Origin: Planctomycetota bacterium | GTDB lineage: Bacteria; Planctomycetota; B15-G4; JADJEK01 | Direction of reading: 5' to 3' | DNA length: 53,804 nt | Assembly (NCBI GenBank): GCA_044225365.1 | Contig: JBGAIQ010000040.1 | Location: forward strand, 1 to 53,804 | In this document: one piece after another, positions 46,964 to 53,804 of the stretch | How the letters are laid out: each line of letters opens with the position of its first letter | Position numbering within the stretch: the first letter of the stretch is position 1 | Notes under the pieces: model-generated | Seen by the model: only the letters and a program-made list of their open reading frames with translations | The model's database searches: none | What the model was told of the DNA's origin: nothing | Made by a program: the position numbers and the translations under genes

Positions 46964-48685
46964 TCAATCTGTGAGATCGAGTCGAACAGCATTGGAGTTC
47001 GAGAATCCTGCAGCCGCGCCAGCATCCAGGATGATCCCCTGAACGAAGATGGAGATGTCGCCAACGACATTTGGGACAAGGGCAGTGATCGAAAGCGACC
47101 CGGAACCGGGTGCCATCGAGCCCAATGGAAAGAGCAGAAGCGGACCAAGCAGATTCGGCAGCAGCGGGTAAGTGAGAAGCGTGCATCCGTGTCCCATGGG
47201 AATCGCAGACTGATTCGTGCCGACTCCGAGGAAGAGTTCGCCGCCTCCGACACCCTGGCCGACCTGAAGCTGCAAGGTCGAGCCGGATAGGGTACTCCCA
47301 GACGCATGAAGGAACGGAACGATGTTCCCGCTGCCCGGACAACCCGAACCGAAGTGAACGATCCCCTTCGTCGCATCGAACGCAAAGACGTGACCGCCGG
47401 CTCCGGGATACGCCACGTTCTCGGAACTCGCTCCGACGAGCAATTGTACGGAACCGATCGCGACTGAAGTTCCGAGCCCGGAGTTCGCGATGTTCGTTGG
47501 CGCCACGAGTTCGGCCTCGGGGACGAACTGTCCGTTCGGCGCCTTCACGAACGAGAATGCTCGCCCGACGTTGTCGCTCGGCGGTCCATCGCAGAAAGTC
47601 TGTCCGACGAGAAGCAGGGAGTCTCGCAGGTCGATCGACGCTCCGAAGGATGAGAAGCTCGGCGCGGCCGGACTCTGGAGCGATTGCGTGCTCGACCAGA
47701 TTCCGGTTATCGAATCGCGTCGATAGATCGAGACATGGCCTGTCGAGCCGAGAACGACGTCTCCACGGCTCGAGACCGCCATATCGTTTCCATCGAGTGA
47801 AACTGCGACTCCCAGAAGATCGTGGACGCCGGCAGTTCCGTAGATCGCCTGCTGCATGATCCAGGATCCCGACGCGCGTTGGAAGACATACGTCGCGCCA
47901 TCGGAGTTCGCATGTCCCGGCGCACCCACGACGATGGTGTCGCCGTCGAGATCGACGGCGGAGCCGAAGTTGTCGAAGACCGCCGCGTCGGGGGCCGTCA
48001 AGATGGCCGTCGGGAGCCAGACGCCTCCGATTCGCTCATAGACGTGGACGGTTCCGATCGTGCCGAGAATGGGATCGCTCTCCTCGGGCGAGCCGACGAC
48101 CAACGTCGAGCCCGCGAGCGAAACTGCGGAACCGAAGTAGTGGGCCGACGTGTACGGGCCGACGAACTGGGCAACCTGGGACCAGCCAAGGTTCGTTCGT
48201 CCGAAGACAAAAACGGCGCCGGTATTCTCGTGGGTCGCATCAAGCGAAAATGACGGTGCGCCTACGACAGCGACGTCTCCGTCGATTCCGACAGCGCCTC
48301 CTGCGGAGATTCCATTCTCGGGTACCGCCGGATCGAGCCGTGCTTCGAGAACCCATGCGTCTCCTTGCTGCCGGTAGACGTTCGCGAACCCGTTCGTCGG
48401 GTTCTGGGTGCTCGACGGAGAGAGGGTGTCGGGAGCTCCAACAATCCAGCGAACGCCATCGCAACTCATCGAGTAGCCGAATCGATCGAGCGGGTGGCTT
48501 GTCGGGGAGGTGAACTCGATCGAATGGGTGGTTGCCGTTGGAAAAGGCAGGGTCGCCGCATCCGCCGATCCCAAGGCAGCGGCCGCACATGCCAACCCGA
48601 CGGATAGGACCCACCATCGCCATGATCGCCAGCCGAACTTCGTGTCGCCTCCGCCATAGAGCGCGTGATTCTTCTGGGTACTCAT
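46964..48685 (-). CDS. Secreted FG-GAP (integrin-like beta-propeller) protein with shared C-terminal domain
   Basis: Repeats FG.AV.LDGDT.VVGAP...G.V.VF.R; signal-like segment; ends FVQGIILDAGAAAGFSNSNAV. Confidence 0.85.
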   Translation of the reverse strand: MSTQKNHALYGGGDTKFGWRSWRWWVLSVGLACAAAALGSADAATLPFPTATTHSIEFTSPTSHPLDRFGYSMSCDGVRWIVGAPDTLSPSSTQNPTNGFANVYRQQGDAWVLEARLDPAVPENGISAGGAVGIDGDVAVVGAPSFSLDATHENTGAVFVFGRTNLGWSQVAQFVGPYTSAHYFGSAVSLAGSTLVVGSPEESDPILGTIGTVHVYERIGGVWLPTAILTAPDAAVFDNFGSAVDLDGDTIVVGAPGHANSDGATYVFQRASGSWIMQQAIYGTAGVHDLLGVAVSLDGNDMAVSSRGDVVLGSTGHVSIYRRDSITGIWSSTQSLQSPAAPSFSSFGASIDLRDSLLLVGQTFCDGPPSDNVGRAFSFVKAPNGQFVPEAELVAPTNIANSGLGTSVAIGSVQLLVGASSENVAYPGAGGHVFAFDATKGIVHFGSGCPGSGNIVPFLHASGSTLSGSTLQLQVGQGVGGGELFLGVGTNQSAIPMGHGCTLLTYPLLPNLLGPLLLFPLGSMAPGSGSLSITALVPNVVGDISIFVQGIILDAGAAAGFSNSNAVRLDLTD

Positions 48686-48728
48686 CGCCTTGCTCCCTTG
48701 CTCGAGTGAGGATTCTCCAATGATGACG

Positions 48729-48758
48729 ATCGTCCACGGTCCATCGACCGTGGACGAT
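48729..48758. promoter_or_regulatory. Perfect 13-bp inverted repeat, probable operator
   Basis: ATCGTCCACGGTC-CATC-GACCGTGGACGAT between the divergent FG-GAP and XRE genes. Confidence 0.65.
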
Positions 48759-49050
48759 GAGCATACCAGATCGCGATCTTGTCGGCATGGTCGACGAGCA
48801 GCGAGCTAAGGCGATGGCGCGTGCCTTTGGGCAGGCCGTCAAATCACGCCGAGAGAAGCGCGGGATCGCTCAGGAACGGTTCGCATTCACCTGCGAGCTC
48901 GATCGGACGTTTGTCGGAGGCATCGAACGAGGGGAGCGAAACCCGAGTCTCGAAACGGTTCGGCGCATTGCGCGTGGCCTCGGCATTTCGATGACCGCTC
49001 TCGTTCGAGATGTAGAACGTATCCTCCACGACACCGAAGATGGGAGTTGA
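48757..49050 (+). CDS. XRE HTH regulator resembling restriction-modification controller (C) proteins; start may be 48787
   Basis: FGQAVKSRREKRGIAQERFA...LDRTFVGGIERGERNPSLETVRRIARGL. Confidence 0.88.
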   Translation: MSIPDRDLVGMVDEQRAKAMARAFGQAVKSRREKRGIAQERFAFTCELDRTFVGGIERGERNPSLETVRRIARGLGISMTALVRDVERILHDTEDGS

Positions 49051-49634
49051 CAGGTGCCTCCCGGAGAATGAGACGATTCTTTCGTTCCGATCCCGCTTTG
49101 GCCCGTCCGTCGCGTGCGGAGCCGATCGGCAGCCCCAGGGAGAAAGGGGCGCACGTGGCGATGGGGGTAGTCAGCCGGGGAGGGGTGCTGTTCGGATCGC
49201 TACGGCGGGCATCAAGGCACGCGGAGTGAAGGCGGTCAGTTGGAACTGAGTGGCGATGGCAGACGATCTGTACCTGGCTCAATTCGTGAGACTGTACGAG
49301 TTCGCCGCGACCCGAAGGATGGCAGCGGTTGCCCCGCGAAGGATGTCGTCGCCGCGACTCTTGGGGACCGATCACAAAGAAACGCGGGGGTTCCGCGCAG
49401 GCTTTGCGGGAAAGATCAGGTCGCCGCGGGTTCTGAGGATCGCCTACACATGTCGGACCTCTTGGCGGGCACCGGCAAATCTCGGGTCGCCGCCGGGCAC
49501 TTTCTCGAGCCGCCGCGACGCGCGCAATAGTCGATAGACGGCGTCAAGAACGGCAGGGTCGGGGTCGTCCTACTTGGCCAAGCCACGGCTGCTCGAGATG
49601 CGCCGATCGATAACACGAATCGATAGAATCTGCT

Positions 49635-50828
49635 GTGCACAACAAAACGCAGTTCGAGTCAATTGGCGTGAACACCCGGAACAGCGCGAAAGCGGAATCT
49701 GATTGGCGTTACGGCTATTGCTTCCCAAACCTGCAGCTGCGCGACGGTGAACGATTCGAGGTTCGGGAACTCGCCGTCGTCGGACCTACAGAGCAACGAG
49801 TCCTCGCCGCGGTGGCGGACCCAGCCGAGCCGGCGGTTAGCTGCCTGCATCGGTCGTTCCGGACGTCTCGACGGGAGAGGTTCGAGCCGTCCGTACTTCT
49901 CTTCAGGACAAATCAGCCACATAGTCTTTCGAAGGACGCGATCAAAGCTTTCCGAGATGCGGTCGCGATTGCGTGCCTGACGGGTGCCCGAGCACGAATG
50001 CTGGGCAACCACGGACAGTGGGAGTGCGTGTGGTCCGACTTCTTCGACTTCCACCCGATTGGTCCGACGGCGGACGGCAAAGACCTGATGTCGCTCGACT
50101 CCATCGTGCTCGCCTTTGACCCGGTGGGGAAGTACCGATTTCAGCCCTCACCGATGATCCTCAACCCGACTCACTTTCGAGTGGTCCATGATGAGGCGCT
50201 CTGGCCTCTGCTTGCTCGAGCATGGCGACTGCGCTTCTCGCTCCGAAGTCACAGGGGATTGCTGCGGCGCCTCTTTCGCGCGCTCGAGATCGCATTTCAT
50301 GCCTGTCGGTTTCCAACGGATGGGATCATGACGCTGCATGATGTTGGAACGCGCATCGCCCTTTGGATCAGCGCATTCGAGGTCCTGTTGCATCCGGGAA
50401 AGGCAGGCAGGGTCGATGAACCGCACGTGCTGCGCTTCATCGAGAAAATGGCGTGGACCGACACCGCGCTTCGGAGACCTCGGGGGAGGATCTCCTTGCA
50501 GAAGGGCAAGCTCTCGTTCAAGGCGACGCTCGCCATGAGGCTCTACCATGCGGCCTACAGAGCGAGAAACGACTTCACCCACGGGAACGAGGTCGCGGTC
50601 AGCAAGCTCATGTTCGGCTCGGGAGAGAAGAAACGACTCGACTACGTTCTGCCTGTCCTATTCGGTTCGGTGCTCGTCGCATGGCTCAAGGAACAGCTTC
50701 CGAGCTGCTGGGTGGATGATAAGGGGGAGTACATCCGCCGGCGCGGCATGAAGGAACACATCGATCTGTCGATGCGCGAAATTCCAGCCGCGAGAGATCG
50801 AGAAGCAGCACTTCTCACGCTGATCTAG
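49635..50828 (+). CDS. HEPN-domain protein (ApeA-like architecture), putative RNase
   Basis: LWISAFEVLL helix followed by AYRARNDFTHG (RxxxxH) in a helical C-terminal half. Confidence 0.7.
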   Translation: MHNKTQFESIGVNTRNSAKAESDWRYGYCFPNLQLRDGERFEVRELAVVGPTEQRVLAAVADPAEPAVSCLHRSFRTSRRERFEPSVLLFRTNQPHSLSKDAIKAFRDAVAIACLTGARARMLGNHGQWECVWSDFFDFHPIGPTADGKDLMSLDSIVLAFDPVGKYRFQPSPMILNPTHFRVVHDEALWPLLARAWRLRFSLRSHRGLLRRLFRALEIAFHACRFPTDGIMTLHDVGTRIALWISAFEVLLHPGKAGRVDEPHVLRFIEKMAWTDTALRRPRGRISLQKGKLSFKATLAMRLYHAAYRARNDFTHGNEVAVSKLMFGSGEKKRLDYVLPVLFGSVLVAWLKEQLPSCWVDDKGEYIRRRGMKEHIDLSMREIPAARDREAALLTLI

Positions 50829-52479
50829 GGGCATCGGCGAGAGTCGAGCAAACCACCAAGCTGACGCGCCACCCCGTCCCATTCGGCGCCTTGCCGTAAA
50901 TGCCAACCTTCTGACCGAGGTTCCCGATCGAGGCCGTCCCGATGAAGTAGGGCGAGGAGGCGCCACCCTCGAACGCATTCCAGTCGGTGGGATCGAGCGA
51001 CCCTCCCCAGAAGACCTGAATCGTGTTGTCCGACTTCACTCGAACCCGAAGGACCCTCGCCACCGAATCGAGCGCCGGGTCCGCGGCCACCGAACCGATC
51101 TCGGTGGGTGCACCATCGACGCCGCTGGCCCGCAAGACGAGGAAGCACTGCCCCCGATCCGTGACGTACACGATGTAGGCGTTGTCCTTATCCGTCGCCC
51201 GGAACATCACGCCGACCTCGCACGCTGTCGCGTCCGGCGTCGATACTGCGTCCTTCAAGACCTTCACCGCAACGTTCAGATCCGTCGCGAGGTTGCCCCC
51301 GACAATCGCATAGTCCGCACCACCCGGCGAGTCGTCGAGCGACGCCTGTTGCGACACGATCGTGAAGCCGTTCCCCGACCCCGCCTTCTGGTCCCAGGTC
51401 TCACCCGCGGAAGAGGTCCCGAGAGTGGAGGCGTTTCCCCGGTTGAAGGCGTCTCGGAAGTCCTTCGGCCGCTGCAGCGAAACTCCCGAACTCGTCGTCG
51501 CAGGGAAATCCTCCCGCCGCACGTCCACGAGTTCCGGAATCTGACCCACGGCGAAACTCTCGGGCACGATCGCCGCGGAGGACTCCGCCGTCAGGTAGCC
51601 GTACACTCCCTGTTGGGTGTGCACGAGGGCGTACGCCTCGTTCGTCCCGTCGAACGCGACGTGCGTGCCGCTGCGCGGCGCGAACGGCAGCCAGAGGCCC
51701 GCAAGAGCGTACCAGCGGTAGGCAAGGCCCGAAGCGAGGACGAGCCGCGTGTCGCCGTCCTGAATGCCCGAGGAAGGCAACAGCGACTTGCTGAGGACCG
51801 GGGGACCCCACAGGCCGATGCCCGGTTGGTCCTCCGCCCCGCGCACCCAGTTCGGCTGCCAGCGCGCCGCCGTGTCCTGAATCGGGTACAGGTTCCTGTT
51901 CTTGCCGTAGGCGCCCGTCTGGAACCCCATCACGATCGACGTTGCGTCCGAGTACCCAGAACCCGAGGGACGCTCGAACTTCACCTTGCCCGTCGCGGGG
52001 TTCGTCGTCGCACCCTGGATCAGGAGGCCCGTCGCCGTCGCGTACGCGACCGTCGAGCCCATCGCCGTGTTGATCTTCGCCACGATGTCGGCGAGCGTCC
52101 GCGCGTTCTGCGCGCTTCCGCCACCCGTGGACAGGTCGATCATCGTCGGACCCACGGCATCGACCGTCAACTTGATGAACTTCGCGTAGGTCAGGTCGAA
52201 GGTGCCGAGGCCCTTGCCCTGGATCCGCGCGTACCGGTCCACGCGCGCTTGGACCCGATTGTCCAAGTACGGCGTCGCCGAGGGGCGCTCCCACCAGCGC
52301 CGTCCCACCGTCGGCGTCGTCCCGACCAAGGTGTACGGGTAACTGATCCCGCGCTTCGCGAGCGCGAGGACGAGGTCCTTCGCGTCGCCACCACCTCCGG
52401 TGACGTTGTCCACCGAGACCGAGGAAACGGTCGGGTCCGTGCTCGTCGAGCGGATCAGCAAGTACCCCTCGAACGCGTT
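50815..52479 (-). pseudogene. Fragment of a probable phage virion structural gene
   Basis: About 550 codons with strong codon bias, Gly/Thr/Ser rich; no convincing start or RBS; 3' end runs into the end of the HEPN gene; adjacent to the capsid gene on the same strand. Confidence 0.5.
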
Positions 52480-53804
52480 ACGGAATGTGTCGACGTGAAT
52501 GAGGCCGGTGACGCGGGGATGCAGTGCGCATCGATATCTCTCATTGGGTGGTTCAAGGAGAGGGTTTTTCGCCGTTTAGATCGCTCATTTCTTTCACTTG
52601 GCTCGCAATGCCGTGAAGCTCGTCGAGATGACTCTCGGGGTAAAACCCGAGAAGGAATGGATTCTGGTGATTCGGTTCGGTGCATCGACTTCTCCGCTGA
52701 GATTCCAGTTCCCGATCCGATGCGAATAGATTCCGCCAGCGACTCGATGATATTGCAGACCTGGAGGCCCGCCACCACCCAGTTCGTCATGCAGCGCCGA
52801 GTCGCGCGGAACACCTGCGAAGAGTTCAGGATCAACGTGTCCACGAACGTCTTCTTGTGCTCCTCCCACGACACGCCGAAAGGAACCGTCTTGTCGAACG
52901 TGACGTTGCCTGCCGACGCGAAGTTGTAGAGGTCGTTGATGACTTCCCGGTCGATCTCGAACCGGATGATCTGCGCCAGCGCCGCGCCGATCTCCGCCTG
53001 TGCGTCGAGCCCGTGCAGTGCCTGCAGGTCCTGCGCCGCCTTCAGCGAGTGCCGACCACGGATCTTGCGCTCCTTCGCCTGCAGCGCCGCCGAGGTGATG
53101 TTCAGGTCCACCTGCGGAATGACGTCCGAGGCTTCCCAGTCGTAGGCGTACGTCGCCGTCGCCGCCGAAATGTTCTCCGTGAAGTCCAGCGTCACCGTGC
53201 CGTCCGAGTACGTGATCGCCGAACCGCCACCGATCGTCGGCGCCGCACCCGACGTCTGCGACAGCAGGATGATGCCACCGGCGCCGTCGTCACCGAAGAT
53301 GCCCACGCCCGTCGCGTACGTCACCGTCGCCCGGAACGTGCCCGGCTTCACCGGCGAGTACGCCAGCTTACCGCCCGTCGCGCCGACCGCGTTGTTCGAC
53401 GAGATCGTCATCACCTCGTTCGGAATCGTGTTCGAGGAGAAGTTCTCGACGTTCTTCGGACCGGTCCGCGCATCGAACAGCGCGTCACCCGAAGTGACAT
53501 CGCCCTTCGTCGTCCCCGCCAGGAAGTCCATGTAGAACACCAGCGACACCGGTCCCGCCATCGGCTGCACCGACACGATCTCCGAAGAGATCAGATTCGG
53601 GTAGATCGCCCGAATCATCGGGAAGGCGTACTTGTCGAAGTTGCCGATGTTCAGCACCTTCGTCGTTTCGAGCAGCGAATCCGGGTCCTTCCCCGACTCC
53701 CGGAAGTGCTTGTACTGGTTCTGGAACAGGATCGCGACCAGCGTCTTCTGCGGGCCAGAGAGACCGTCGCACAGCGCCTCCCACTTCGAGTGGGGGTGTG
53801 TTGC
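52455..53804 (-). pseudogene. T4 gp23-family major capsid protein, 3'-truncated (similarity ends near 52734; frame open to window edge)
   Basis: KWEALCDGL...VAILFQNQ, FPMIRAIYPNLISSEIVSVQPMAGPVSLVF, AKERKIR...AAQDLQALHGLDAQAE...IRFEIDREVI, NWVVAG; expected C-terminal VY.D / GYKG / YAPY / TRY motifs absent. Confidence 0.85.

Larger units (their letters stand above)
42620..53804. mobile_element. Integrated element / prophage remnant at tRNA-Pro; right boundary not in window
   Basis: Integrase about 100 bp after the tRNA, excisionase-like HTH, replication initiator, HEPN protein, phage structural gene fragments; no second copy of the tRNA 3' end seen. Confidence 0.8.

Noticed and set aside
49240-49630. 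Short ORFs between the XRE and HEPN genes, perhaps a frameshifted pseudogene
   Set aside because: No recognisable family or consistent frame; cannot be supported without a search
42620-53804. attR direct repeat of the tRNA-Pro 3' end
   Set aside because: No copy found by eye in the window; the boundary is probably further right or lost

Overview
GC-rich bacterial DNA whose gene content points to a Planctomycetota host (inference: ECF sigma/Ser-Thr kinase pairs, sigma factors fused to large extracytoplasmic domains, CRTAC1/ASPIC and FG-GAP proteins). Bases 1-42.5 kb are chromosome: class II ribonucleotide reductase, iscS, an iscA-type gene, plsY-gpsA, hydantoinase A, two ECF+kinase modules, many secreted proteins and a REP-like array. 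This part also has four paralogous membrane-anchored ECF sigma fusion genes. All four, plus iscS, are preceded by the same bipartite motif ((G/T)GnAAC-like hexamer, 13 nt, GCGACAAT, then 7-10 nt to the start codon). From tRNA-Pro(GGG) at 42542 to the window end lies an integrated element with no attR in view. It carries a tyrosine integrase, excisionase-like HTH, Rep_trans-like replication initiator, FG-GAP protein, C-protein-like regulator and HEPN (RxxxxH) protein. Beyond these are truncated pieces of a T4 gp23-type major capsid gene and of a probable virion structural gene. All calls come from motif recognition by eye; no searches were run.
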